Below are positions 36,401 to 49,143 of a stretch of 64,000 bases of DNA, piece by piece. Position 1 is the first letter of the stretch, and every line of letters starts with the position of its first letter. The DNA is taken from the NCBI GenBank assembly GCA_958009085.1, contig OY253678.1, positions 806,001 through 870,000 of the forward strand, read 5' to 3'. The translations under genes and the position numbers were made by a program. The stretch comes from Protoeuglena noctilucae. Lineage: Eukaryota. The notes under the pieces were generated by a model. It saw nothing but the letters and a program-made list of their open reading frames with translations, was not told the origin of the DNA and searched no databases.

Positions 36401-39400
36401 CAACGACATCAGTCGCACGCCCACGCGAGCGCGGCGGTCGGCGCCCATGCATCGTACGCATAGTACGCATGTTGAGCAAGTGTCAGGAACAAAGCATAGC
36501 GTGCAGGAGCGCTCCTGCTTCTCTCTGGCTGGCTTCAGCACCTGGGGCAGGTTGCACTCCAGCATGAGCCGGAAGCACAGGGGGTCCTCGTGGATGAGGT
36601 CGGTCATGGTGTTGGCCGCCGTGCCCACCAAGTCGCCCCCGTAGGCCGCCGGGTGGCGCAGGATGTGCACGAGGCAGGTGTAGAGGTCCCGGAGCTCCGG
36701 CTCGGCCAGCACGCGCACCGACGTACCCGTGGAGGTCGAGAAGCTGGACGCGACCGCCAGGCGCATGCAGTAGCGCATGAGCTGGCAGCGGTCCGCGGAC
36801 ACGGACGCGGACGGGTCGTTCGCGAGCGTCTCTTCGCTCCTCTCGACCTCCCACTTGAACCTGCAGAGCGTGGGATACAGCGGTGTGCAAGCAGTGCCGG
36901 ACACTGCCTGTGGCATACCGAGGTAGCTGCCCTCTGACTGAACATGTCAGAGACGCCGGCCTCACCTCTGCACGACGAGGTGGAACCCTCGCAGGTCCGC
37001 GAACAGCGAGTGGGCCTGGGCCTCCTCATCCAGGCTCATGTCGATCAGCTGGAGGCACTGTGACACGACCGCCACGTGTGCGGGGTCGTGGTCTCCAATC
37101 TGCGGGGGCAGTGGCGGATACGAACGGTCACCCGGCGCTACTCTGCGTTCGCGGGTGCCTTGCTGGCCGACGCGGGCGGCAGCGGGCGAGGTTGCGAGGG
37201 CAGGCTTGGGCTTGCTGCAGTGGCCAACGGCAGGAAGCTCACCAGGGGCAGGATGGAAGGGACGACGCCGATCTGAATGAAGGCGGAGGTGCCGCTGGCG
37301 CTGAGGGGAGCAATGGCGGACAGCAGCGCCTCGACCAGAGGCGCCGTGTAGTAGGCGTGGCTGGGGCTCGAGGGGTCCGTGAAGGCAGCCACGGCCTTGC
37401 GGGTCACGGCGGCGAGCACGGAGCTCTGGCCGCCGACCGTGAGGATTTCGGTGGTGCCTGAGCGCGTCTGCGCCTCGGACAGCATCAGAGACAGCACCCT
37501 GCAGAGCACGGGGCACGCCGGGTGTCGGTCAGAGGTGACAAGCGTGTGTGCAGCAAGCATTGCTGCATCTGGCACCCGCGCACGCCACGCTGCGGCTCGG
37601 CATCTCACCGCAGCGCCATGGTGCGCAGCTCGACGGGGCACTCGTGCTCTGCCGCGAGCAGCGACACCAGCTCCGTGGCAAAGTCGGGGTCCTCGATCGT
37701 GAAGGCCGCCACGCCCTCGTAGTTCATCGGGGAGCACGCCAGGAGGACGAAGATGGCGCAGAGCTTCCCGTGGACGAGCGCCCGCCGGTCCGCCAGCGTG
37801 CCCATCATCTTGGCCTGCCGCACGGCACAGAAGAGATCGTACCGTTCGTCGGCGGGCACGGTGAAGGTCCGGCAGAGGTGCGCGACGATCTGGTGCACGC
37901 CCTCCCGCAACGCGTGCAGCTGCGGGAGGCGGATGGCCGGCGGCTCCTCGGCGCCCCTCTCGGCGTCGAGGGCCTCTGGGGCCGGGCGCCAATCGAGGTC
38001 GCACGCGCGCTCGCCCCCCGGGGCCACGCCGGGGTGCTCCTGCGCCACGGCCGTCTTGAGTCCCAGGCGGGGACACTGCTTGCGCCAGCCGGTGCACAGC
38101 GACAGCATCCTGCGACAGTCGGGGCACCAGGCGTGTTCGGAAGGCCTTCGGATATCGATATCGTGAAAAGCACAAGCCGGCCGGCGCCGGGAGCAGCTAG
38201 CGTTCGACACGCTGGAGCAGCGCGCACCTGTCCAGCAGTGCCTCGGTCCCGAAACGCGGCGATGACGACCCCATCTTGCGACGTGCCAGGGCCACCAGGG
38301 CAGCGAGGGACGCCTGAATGACTGACTCCTCAGGAGCCGCCAGGAGGGCGACCAGGTGCTCGAGCGAGTTGTACCCCGACTTGGCATTGTTGCAGCGCTC
38401 CAGGATGACCGCTGCGTGGGGGCCGGGCGGGCCAGCTCAGGAATCGGGCATCCAGGAGCGCGGCGCGTGGGGCTGCCCCCGGCGGACGCAGGAGGTGCGC
38501 TCGCCTGTGACCCGCAGGACCGCGATCGTCTCTACGACGGGGAAGGGCGGGTCCTCGTGCCCCGGGTCGAACTCAAGCTTGAGGTCCCTGCGTTTCCCCA
38601 CATGCTCCTCCAGCCACGCATCGAGGTGGTCGAAGAGCGCCGTCTGCGCACGGGGGAGCGACGCAAGCGATGGAATGCGCGAACACGCCCTGGCACCTCG
38701 CATCGAGCACACGGGCGCGATGCCGAGAGCTGGCGGGCCGCCTCGACGCACCCAGTGGAAAAAGTCGCCCTTGCCGAACGTCCAGGTGAAGCGGTCGAGG
38801 GCGCTCACGAAGTCCGAGGAGTCCGCCGACAGAATGGACTTGATCGCGGCGTCCACGGCCTCCGGCTGCGGAGGAGGCGGGCCGTTGCCTTTCACCAGGG
38901 TGCGTGCGCCCCCTGGCTCACCCCCGCCCAGAAAACCGAGCGCACTTGCCGCTCACAGCAGCGTTACAGCAACAGCAATGCGACGGGGACCAATTCTAGG
39001 CGCCCCGCGGACAGCTCATGCAGCAGGGGGGCCGGCCGCACGTCTCCGCTGGACGCAGCCCCCCGTGCCGCGCCAGGGCCATCCTCGGAAAACCCAGGTC
39101 CCGTACGATGAAATGAAAGGGGAAGTCTACAGCTCGCGCGCATGACCGTCCCCGGAAACGGCGGGGAGAGGCGGTGCGGGCCCCGACACGGCGCATCGCG
39201 CCCAAGTGACCCAGACCGCTGCGCCGCTGCTCTCCGGAAACGCAGGCCAGTCCCGCGTGACCAAACAAGGCCGACGTGCGCAGTGGGGAGGAGAATACCA
39301 GGCTTGGTGCGGCGAGGCGGGCACACGAGGCGGCCACCAGCCTGCCTTCGTCTCCTCGCCATCGCCGTGACTCTCGGCCCGTGCGATCAAGCCCCACGAT

Positions 39401-39525
39401 TCTTCGATGTAGAGAAATACCATCCGCATACTCCGAGGCATCCAACACGGCCCCGATGCAGAAAATCGCGGCAAAAGGCAGCTGGGACTCACCACCTCCA
39501 CGGCCCTCTTCCCCTTGATCTTCAT
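24408..39525 (-). CDS. UPL1: HECT E3 ubiquitin-protein ligase, UPL1/2 - HUWE1/Tom1 type (DUF908/DUF913 region, UBA, 3 UBM-like motifs, HECT)
   Basis: Start [11 protein letters not shown] (39525), then [29 protein letters not shown] (~33380-33470). UBM-like [36 protein letters not shown] and [49 protein letters not shown], catalytic [13 protein letters not shown] and terminal EGSEGFGFA*. Confidence 0.93.
24741..24850. repeat. Intronic minisatellite, ~41-bp unit, ~2.5 copies
   Basis: Repeated gctgcacatctgcaccccacgcagtcccgccacacccca-like unit in the last UPL1 intron. Confidence 0.75.
26027..26165. repeat. Intronic low-complexity (GAGT)n/(GAGG)n tract
   Basis: gagtgagtgagtgagggagggagggag runs. 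Confidence 0.8.
32985..33184. other. Assembly gap (200 N) inside the HECT ligase gene
   Basis: Run of N. Confidence 0.99.
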
Positions 39526-40245
39526 GGCCGGCACCAATCCATCCGCCGCGACAGGGATCGGCGCGCGCCAACTGCCGGGCGCGCTGGATCTGCCTTGCCC
39601 AGCCCTCCCTGCCTACCCGCTCAACCCCTCAAGAAACCCGCCCTAGCGAGCGGGTACAATTTCTGCAAGCCCAGCAGGGCGCTGCGGCGAGGCACGGGGA
39701 CCCAGCAGGGCCTCAGCCACGCGCGCACTGCGCAACTGTGCTTCTCGCGTTTTGCGAGCCCTGCAGAGACGGCTTCGACCAAACCAGTCTCTACCGCTGC
39801 AGGATGAATGCGAGGGCCAGGCCAGCGGGACCCAATTTACCACGGGCCGGGCTCTGGGCTCGTGTTTCGCTGGCACGCGGACCAGCGGGCGGGACTACGG
39901 TCATCCCGACAGCAGGTGCGGCGAAAGCATGTATATTAGCCAGTGGGATGCCTTGCTCGGCCGCGTGGTGGCCGTGATTTCGTCTGTCGGGGCCGAAGGG
40001 CTGCCGAAGGGGGCGATTTCCTCGCGTCGACTTGAGACATTGGCTGACGCGATAGTTTGGATTGCCGGTGTGGCGACGCGACCCCTGCCAGCGGCGGGAT
40101 TCGACAATTCGTCCGACCCCACTGCAATCCCCGGCCTGGGCCGCGAGGCGACATCTTTTGCGGGACCCGAGCACAGCAGCGCTTCTTTACGAGCACCTCG
40201 TGCGACTGGCATCCACGCGCTCGGCCATCGGTGGCTGGACGCGCG

Positions 40246-43200
40246 ATGCAACGGCCGTGCGCGGAGGCCGCTCCGGCGCCCCTGTGCGCGCCGAGCGCGT
40301 CCCACAATTTAGGGGCCCCATCGAGGAGGCCGGTCTGGCGTCTTCGTGCGAACCTATCGGGACGCCTCCGCAGGGCCACGGGAGGCCCCCCTGCGCTCTC
40401 CCGGGCCATGGCTAAGCCAACCATCATCATCCCTCCGGGCCCGGCGGGAGAGGCACAGGCGGCCGCCGACCGGCCGAGCGACAGAGAGACGACGTTATCT
40501 CAGCATCCGGGGCCCCATAGCGCGGCTGGCGCATCGACACACGCACCCAGGTGGGCTCTTCGCATCCCTCGCGTGGCCCCTTGCTGACGGGAGCCGCCGC
40601 GTCGAGCTGCGCCGCCGCACCTGATCCATGCAGGCGTCCCTCGTTGGAAACCCGCGTTCTGCTCCGACTCGGACCCCGCGGCTCCTTGCACGAGGCGGCG
40701 GAGGCCATCCTTGCGACGTTGGCGGCCGAACGGGATCGCCACGCGACCTCCCTGAGCGGCGTTGTCCGCATCGAAGTGCCGCTACCGTCGAGCTTCACGG
40801 CTCTGACGTGGCTGCAGGTGCCCAAGCGATCCCACTCTGCCTGCCATGGCACGGCTGCGCATGCGTGACCGAACGCTCTGCGTCTCTTTGGCTTGCAGGG
40901 CCAGGCGCGGTGCTGTGCGGACGAGCCCCGCGTCTACTTCTCTCCCCGCCGCCACGCCACCCCCGGGGGCGTGGGCACGCATGCAGCTGAGCACGCCACC
41001 TCAGGCGTGCTGGCCCTGGCCGGCGTGGGTGCCGCGTGGTGCTGGCGCGGGGGCGCAGGGGTGCCGTTCGGCCCCGCGCAGCACTCGGCGCTCTCCCGGC
41101 TCCTGTCCCCCGCCATGCCGTCCCTCCGTGCCTTTGGCGGGATGCGCTTCAGCTCGGCCCGGCCCCAGGCCCCTGAATGGGAGGCCTTCGGGGCGTTCCT
41201 CTTCCTCCTCCCTCGCCTCGAGCTCGTCGAGGGCGCGACGTCCGCGGCGCTATGCTGCAACGTGGTGTGGGACGCGGGGGCGGGGCAGGACCTGACGTGG
41301 GAGGAGGGGGCGTGGGGTTCCATGGGCAGCTGCGTCACTGCCCGCGAGGCGTTCGACGCAGCGGCGGCCGCGGCGCGCGCCCTGGGCACCCCCCAGCTGG
41401 TGTCCCCGGGCGTGCGCGTCACGTCACGCGCGTCGTCCCACGTCCCAGATCTCCAGGCGTGGTCCGGCCTCATGGAGCCCCTGCACTCGACGCTCCAGCC
41501 CGCCAGCTGCGCGCTGCACAGCCCCGCGCCTGCCTCCTCGTCCCCGAGCTGCGAGGCCGGGTCCCTGACCAAGGTGGTTTTGGCACGCCGCACTGACGTG
41601 CGCGTCCGTGGCGACGTCGACCCGCTGGCGCTGCTCTCCGCTTTGGAGGACAAGGACCCGCGGGCGTACCAAGTGCTGCTGCAGGCGAGGCGCCGAAGCC
41701 ATGGTTGATGCTTATAAATCAGCCATTAACATGCACGGGCGCATGTGTCGGTCCCACCTGGGTGTTGACGTGAGCGTGGGGCTTCGCTGGAGTGAGTTGC
41801 GTTTCTCCACCCACCCCACGCAGCTCCCGACGGGAGAGGCGTTCCTGGGCGCCCCGCCCGAGCGGCTGTACGTGCGGACCCACGGCGCGGTGGCGTCAGA
41901 GGCAGTGGCAGGGACACGGCCCAGGGGCCCGGTGGGGGACGAGGCGGAGGACGCGAGGCTGGCGGAGGAGCTTTTGTCGAGTCCGAAGGAGAACACGGAG
42001 TTTACGGTGGTGCGGGAGTGGGTGCAGGAGGTGAGGGGCGATGGGGGTGATGCGGGCGCAGGGCATGGGAGGCGCACCCTGGTGCAAAAGTTGAGATGCA
42101 GGACACATTTTGTGTGAAATGCAAGCGCATGCTATGCGAAGAGCAGCTGGCTGTGGTGGTGCCGCTTAGCGCTCATGGCAGCTTCATTGTTACTCATAAT
42201 CACAGGCCCTTGGGAGCGTCTGCGATGACGTAATGGTGGAGCTGCCCAAGGCGCTGCTCCGGCAGCAGAGCATCCAGCACCTGTACGGCAGGCTCAGCGG
42301 GCGGCTGCGGCCAGGCATGACGGATGCGGACATCATCCGCGCACTCCACCCGACCCCGGTGAGTGACACTGCGTGATGTGATTGCTCACGTGGTCCATGA
42401 CTCGATTGCAACCATCGCCGATGGCATTGGCGCGGTCAGCGACAGTCATCCATGCAATGATGGCACCACGGTTGGGCTTGCATGGTGCAACCTCGCCTGC
42501 GTGAGCCACGCCCGACACACTGGGCTGCCACGCCCTCGACGCAGGCGGTGTGCGGGCAGCCCCAGGACAAGGCGATGGCCCTGCTGGACGAGTCGGAGCA
42601 TTTCGACAGGGGCTGGTACTCGGGGCCCTTCGGCTGGGTGTCTGGCATTGGAGCAGAGTTCGTGGTGGCCATCCGCTCGGCCCTCATCCAAGGCCCGGCC
42701 GCAGGGGCGGCTGGGTCAGCGAAGAGTGCGACGGCCGGAGGCGAGGCGGGGGTGGTCGGCGGGGACGACAGGGACGGGCGGGTTGTGGCTCTGTACGCGG
42801 GGGTGGGCATCGTGCGTGGGGCAGACGTGCTGGCCGAGTGGAACGAGCTCGAGCTCAAGACGCAGGCGCTGAACGCGCTTCTCACGCCCCAGCCCCCCAT
42901 CACGACGGGTGAGAGAGCACGTGCCGCGGCCAGGACTGCAGGCCCAGCGTAGCAGCCGCCTGTGCTGTAGCTCGCGAATGTCCCCTCGCCATCCGCGCTG
43001 ACCGCAACCTGCCACGCGCCCCCGGCATCTCCGCGACGCAGAGCCGACCCTGAACGCCATGTGGGCGCGCCTCCTGGTCGATGAGCTCTGCAGGCTGGGC
43101 GTCACGACTTTCTGCGTGGCGCCCGGCAGCCGCAGCTCCCCGCTCTCCATCGCCGCCGCCGCGCACCCCCGCGCCCGCGTCGTCACCTGCATCGACGAGC

Positions 43201-46200
43201 GCTCCCTGGGCTTCTACGCCGTGGGGTTCGCCAAGGGGCGCAGTCGCCCGGCCGCCGTCATCACATCGTCGGGCACGGCCGTTGCCAACCTCCTCCCCGC
43301 CGTCGTCGAGGCCTCCCAGAGCCACACCCCCGTCGTCGTCCTCACTGCCGACCGCCCCGCGGAGCTGCGGGACACAGGCGAGCCCACGCGACCCACGCAT
43401 CCGCTGCATATGCCATGGGCCACACCCCCACATCCCCATACCCACCTGTGCATCTGAGCAACGTGGTGACTCAGATACCCCACACTTTTTCTCCCCTTAT
43501 CCCAGGCGCTAACCAGACGATCGACCAGGTCCGCATGTTCGGCTCCTACACGCGCTGCTTCGCCGACGTCCCTCCGCCCTCTGCCGACATCCCCGCACGG
43601 TCCGTCCTCACCACCGCGTCCATGGCCGTCCGCCGCGCCCTCGGGCCCAGCCCGGGCCCCGTGCACCTCAACCTGCAGTTCCGTGAGCCGCTTGCGCCCG
43701 TGGAGACCCCCGGGCAGGACGCCTGGCCGGCGAGGGTGCTGGAGGGCTTGGACCGATGGATGCGGTCCCCCGCGCCCTTCACGACGCCCGTCCTGCCGCC
43801 CGCCGCGCCCTCCGCCGCCGGCCCGCGCTCCCGCGCCCTCGACGACCTCCTGGCCGACCTCGCCTCCGCCCGCCGCGGTTTGGTCGTTGCGTCGGGGCTG
43901 AGCGACGCCGAGGAGGTGGCGGCAGCCGCGCGTCTGGCCGCTGCGCTGGGGTGGCCGCTGGCCGCGGACGCGACGAGCGGCCTGCGCGTGGCGGGGCGGG
44001 GAGGCCGGTCCGCCGCCCTGGTCCTGCACCATTTGGACCACGCGTTGCTAGCGGGCGAGGACGCCTGGCACGCCATGCGGCCGGACGTGGTGCTGGACGT
44101 GGGGTGTCACTTGGTGTCCAAGCGCGTCGCGCAGTTCCTCGAGTGGGCCACGCTTCGGCAGTGGCAGGGCCGCAGGGCCGGCGAGGGCAGCGAGCGCCCA
44201 ACGCAGTGGGTGCGGGTGTTCCCGCACCTGAGCCGCCACGACCCCAGCCACGCCGTGTCGCACGCCGCGGAGATGCGCTGCGCGACGCTGGCGGAGCTCG
44301 CGGAGGCGGCGGCACGGGGCCGCGAGCCGGGGGTGGCGGTGGAACAGGCCCGATACACGGCGGCGATGCTGGCATTGGACGACGTGGTGGCAGCGGCGGT
44401 GCGGGAGGGCATGGAGGCCGCGGAGGAGGCCGCGGGGGGTGCCGTCATCGAGGTGAGGCGTGCTGTGGGTTCAAAGGGCTGGCAGGGTGGTTGGGAGGCC
44501 ACAGCACGGCAGCGCTGTGGGCCGGCAGTTAGCTGACCGTTATATGTTGCAGTGACGCTGTCTACACGCAACCTGCCCCACGTCAAGCCTTCTGGCCTTG
44601 ACCTTTTCTGCAACAGTGCCCTCTCTCCTGTGCCGCAGCCCCGCGTGGCTCGCGCTGTGGCGACGCGACTGCCCCCCGGGTGGGGCCTCTTCCTGGGCAA
44701 CTCCATGCCTATTCGCGACATGGACATGTACGCATGGGCCCCACGGGACGATTCCGCGACATCCCCGGGCGCCTCCCTGACGGCCTCGGGCCCGGGCGTA
44801 CCCGTGGCGGCCAACCGTGGCGCGAGTGGCATCGACGGGGTGCTGTCGACTGCTGTGGGGTACGCCCAGGGCCTCGGCCGCGGCGTGACGCTCGTCGTCG
44901 GGGACGTCAGTGCTTTACATGACACGAACGGCCTGGCCTTGCTCCAGGAGGCCCGGGGCCGACCTCCGGTCGTGGTCGTCTTGGTCAACAATGGCGGCGG
45001 AGCCATCTTCTCCTTCCTGCCCGTCGCCGGCGCCATTCCCCGTGATGTCTTCGAGACGGTGTTCGCCACGCCGCCCAACACGCGCTTCGCCGACCTCCTG
45101 AAAGCCCACGGCGTGGCGCACCGCCTGGTGGCGCACGCTGACGCCCTCCCCGCCGTGCTCGATGAGGCGTGGAGCCTCGGCGCTCACTGCGTCGTCGAGG
45201 TCCTCACCGATCGGGAGTCGAACCTCGACATCCACCGCGCCATTCAGGACAGGGCGAGGGCCACGGCCAGGGCGGCGTGCGCGCACCTCTTCCCACCACA
45301 TGCGCCGGCAACCCACTCGCTGGTTCCCACGGCACTCCCGCTTGCCGTGGGCCCAGCTCCAGGCTTGGCCGGGACGATGGCTGGAGGAATGGGCATTGGC
45401 ACCTCCCTGGGCCAGCTGCGGCTGCGGTGTTTGCGGTACAGCGTGCCCCTGGCCCGTCCCGTGACGACGGGGGCCAAGGACAGTCAGAGGACGGGCGTCC
45501 TGATCGAGTGCACTATCGGCGATGCAGAACACAGCACGGGTGCCGGTGCCGGGGGGAACGCGGATGTGGGTGGGCGAGGTGTCGAGGGTCTTGCATCCAA
45601 GGCAGGGCCTCACTGGAACGGAAGCAGCAAGGCCGGCGCCGCAACTGCCGCTGTCGATGGCGGGAAGCCGACCCTGTCCGGCGCTGCCACTGCAGCTGGC
45701 CTGGGTGAGGTGTCGCCACTTCCCGGTCTTCACCAGGAGACATGGGCAGAGGCGGCGGCTCAGTCAGAGCTCGTGTGCCGCTTGCTGGACGGCAAGCACC
45801 TGCCGGCGTCGGCCGTCCTGTCGCTCCACGGCCCCCTGCGGTGGGTCGAGGACGCCTCGGGGGTGCGGGTGGCAGACCTGGCACCGTCGGTGCGGTGTGG
45901 CCTCGAGGCAGCTCTCTTGACGGCGGCGGCCAACCGGCTGGGGACCACCGTGGCAGCGCTGCTGGGGGCCGCCGCGGGGGTCAGCGGGGTGCAGGGCTAC
46001 GAGGACGTGAGGGTGAATGGCCTGGTGAGCGAGGCAGATCCGGACAAAGCAGCCCAGGCGGCACTGGACCTGGCAGAGCGGGGCTTCCAGTGCATCAAAG
46101 TCAAGGTCGGGCGCGGGGACGTGGCCAGTGACGTGGCGGCGGTGCATGCGGTGCGGGCTGCGGTCCCGGCGGGGGTGGCGTTGCGTGCGGACGCCAATCG

Positions 46201-48855
46201 GGCCTGGGGGAGGGACGAGGCAGAGGCGTTCATGCGGGGAGTGGCGGATGTGGGGCTGGAGTATCTCGAGGAACCCACGCAGGTGCGCCACTGCACAATG
46301 CTATTTGGTCCATGCACCGCGCCTGCTTTGCGCCTAATCGTCTCTATCCACCTTTCCGCCCGCTTTTGCATGGCGTGCAGCGCTGCACGACATAGTGACA
46401 CATCTCCCCCCTTGCTGTTCGCAGGACCCAGAGCTGACCCAGGGCCTGGCGAGGGACACGGGCGTCCCTGTGGCGCTCGACGAGACGGTGGACGGCGCCG
46501 TGCGGGATGCCGAGCGGGACGCCTCTGCGGGGCGGTCAGGGAGCGGAGCAGAGGGGCCGTGGGGCTCAGGCGCATCGCGGGCACCGTCGACGGCGTCGGC
46601 AGCAAAGGAGCTCGCCCGCCACGCCCCGTCTGCGTTGGTGCTGAAACCGAGCGTGCTGGGCGGCCTCCACGCTGCTATGGACGTGGCTCTTCGCACAAAG
46701 CGGCTGTCGGCGGCCCCTGTGCGCGCGGTCGTGAGCGCGGCGTTTGAGACGAGCGTTGGCCTCGCTGCCTATGCGGCATTGGCACAGGTGCTCGACAGGG
46801 CAGCGGGGGCCGAGGGCGCCGGGGCTGCGCACGGCCTGGCGACGGGGGCGTGGCTGGGAGGGGACGTGGTGGCAGAGCGGCTGGCGGTTGTCGAGGACGA
46901 AGGCAAGATGCGGGGCAGCGACGTGGCTCGCATCCTTCGCGAGGGTCCTACGGCGCTGCGGGGCCGGGCGGAGGGTGACCGGGCCGGCAGTGGCTCTGCA
47001 ACGGGGCTGCTTGGCGCTGCGGGGTTGCACGAGGTGGTTCGAGAGACCCGGTGAGCACGAGGCAGCACACATGACGGCTGTGCCATTGCTGCAGCTGCCG
47101 TACCCCACAGCAGTTGTCATCGCTATAATCCACATGCGACCGTGTGTGCCGTTTTCTCATAGGTTCACTTGCTGACCCGCCCGTCATCGGCCTCCCACGC
47201 AGGGTGCGGCTGTCGGTGCACATGGCGGACGGCCTGTGCCGCATCGGTGGCGTCCGAGTGCGCCCGGCCCACCAGGCCTCCCAGCGACTCCGCCCCGTGC
47301 TGCTCCTCCACGGCTTCATGGGTGAGAAGACGCGAGATGGATTGCACGTTAGATGCACGCCGGGCATTCAGAGTTCAGAGAACAGCGCACCTCACGCACC
47401 TCGCCTGACCAATGCATGCGCACGCCATCTTCCCCTCGCTTACCTCTGACCCTCTGACCAGTCCGTGTCCAGCTTGTCACTTCATAATCGCTAATCACTA
47501 CTTCCATCATCCCGCAGGCTCCTCGTCAGACATGCTCCCCATCGCCCGCGCGCTCGGGTCCACTCGCCACGTCGTGGCCCTCGACCTGCCCGGCCATGGC
47601 GACAGTTCCTGGGAGCCGACGCAGCGCGCGGGGTCGCTTAACGAAGCTGCTCCGCTTCCGGCAGAGACCCCGACCGTCGAGCAGACGGCGGCAGCGGTGG
47701 CGGCCGCCATCCGCGCGGTGAGTGGTTCCAACAGTAATGTATGATTGGGGACTCCAGGCTGACGCTGGCAACAGCTGAATTGCTTATCTGTGTGTTCCAC
47801 TAGTCCCACTCGTTTCGACCACGTTGTCACTGACAACAGACGACAGCTACATGTGTTGTCATGTGAGCGCTCGCGACGCCCCCAAGCACCGCCTCGCTCG
47901 TGTCTCGCTGCAGCTGGACCTGCACGACCCCATCTTGGTCGGCTACTCCCTGGGCGCCCGCGTGGCCCTTCACGTGGCCGACGCCAGCGCCAACCAAGAC
48001 GCGCCAAAGCTGGGGGGCGTGCTGTGCGTCTCTGGCAGCCCCGGCATCGAGCAAGGTGAGCAGCCATGCAGCCCCTGCATGTAGCGAGAAGCCATACCGG
48101 CAGCACGCAGCTATGGCGAGCAGCACGATGCCTCATCGAGCACCCGACATGCAACGTGCCGTGCACTCGTCTCATGTCCCGCAGCTTCCGAGCGTGCTGC
48201 GCGGCTGGAGGTCGACGGCGCCCTGGCGGACCAGATGCGTCGGAATGGCCTCGAAGCCTTCGCTCACACCTGGTACCAGAGCCCCATGTGGGGTGACCTG
48301 AGGGCCCACCCGCGCTTCCCAGAGATGGTGAGGCGACGACGCTGTGTGTGTGTGTTGGCAACGATGCACAATGAGAAGACCCAATGCATTATATGGCGCC
48401 CTTTGAGAGACCTCAATTGCGATGCCGAATGCTCCTCGGCACCTCTCACCATCGCTTGCTGTCGATCCTTCAGACCAAGAGTGCCACCTCACACGCACCC
48501 GCAGGTGGCCCTGCGCACGCGAGGCTCCCAGGAGGCCCTGGCTGCTGCCCTCCAGTCCCTCTCCGTGGGCCGGCAGCGGAGCCTGTGGCCGTCTTTGCCA
48601 GCCATGGCCCGAACAGCGCCCGTTGTCTTTGTCGCGGGGTCACGCGATGACAAATACGTGGCCATGGTCAGGCGGGCGGCGGGGGAGGGTCAGACGGCAT
48701 TTGCAAAGACGCAAGCGGAGGCGCGGGCGCTGGCGGCCGCGGCTGGGGATGCGGGCGTCACTGGCGTAATCGTGGAGGGCTCTGGCCATGCGCTGCATTG
48801 GGAGAGGCCTGAGGTGGTCGTGGGGCTGATTGAGGGCATGCGGGGTGGGAAATGA
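40246..48855 (+). CDS. PHYLLO: PHYLLO multifunctional phylloquinone-biosynthesis protein: isochorismate synthase (MenF) + SEPHCHC synthase (MenD) + o-succinylbenzoate synthase (MenC) + SHCHC synthase (MenH)
   Basis: MenF: KVVLARR, SEAVAGTRPRG, LHPTP|AVCG, RGWYSGPFGW, YAGVGIV..EWNELELK. MenD: APGSRSSPL, DERSLGFYAVG, TSSGTAVANLLPAVVEA, NRGASGIDG, GDVSALHDTNG, NNGGGAIF. MenC: IKVKVG, RADAN, LEEP, ALDE, LKPS. MenH: LLLHGFMG, GYSLG, GSRDDKY, SGHALH. N-terminus is transit-peptide-like and the start is approximate. Confidence 0.93.
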
Positions 48856-49143
48856 GGGGCAGCATAGGCGGTGCATGGAGGAATGAGAGGATGCGATCTG
48901 CCAGTGCTGATTTGTGCCATCGCCATGCGGCTGGGACAGATGCGCGTGCTTGACATGCGCGCCTCGCAGCTCCGTGGCGCCTAGCTTTTCCGCGATCGTG
49001 TCATGCCGTTGAATATGCGCAGACAGCGTGTCCGTGACATGACTAGCACCTAGGGAGCAACCAAAAGCAAAGAGTCGAGCACAGCACAAGGCACGTGCGA
49101 CCTACTGTCAGCACTCTCTGCAACCCACACAGACACTCCCCCT

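Noticed and set aside
40246..48855. men genes as a bacterial operon, contamination or recent horizontal transfer
   Set aside because: The region is interrupted by many spliceosomal introns, is fused in one frame and matches the known PHYLLO organisation.
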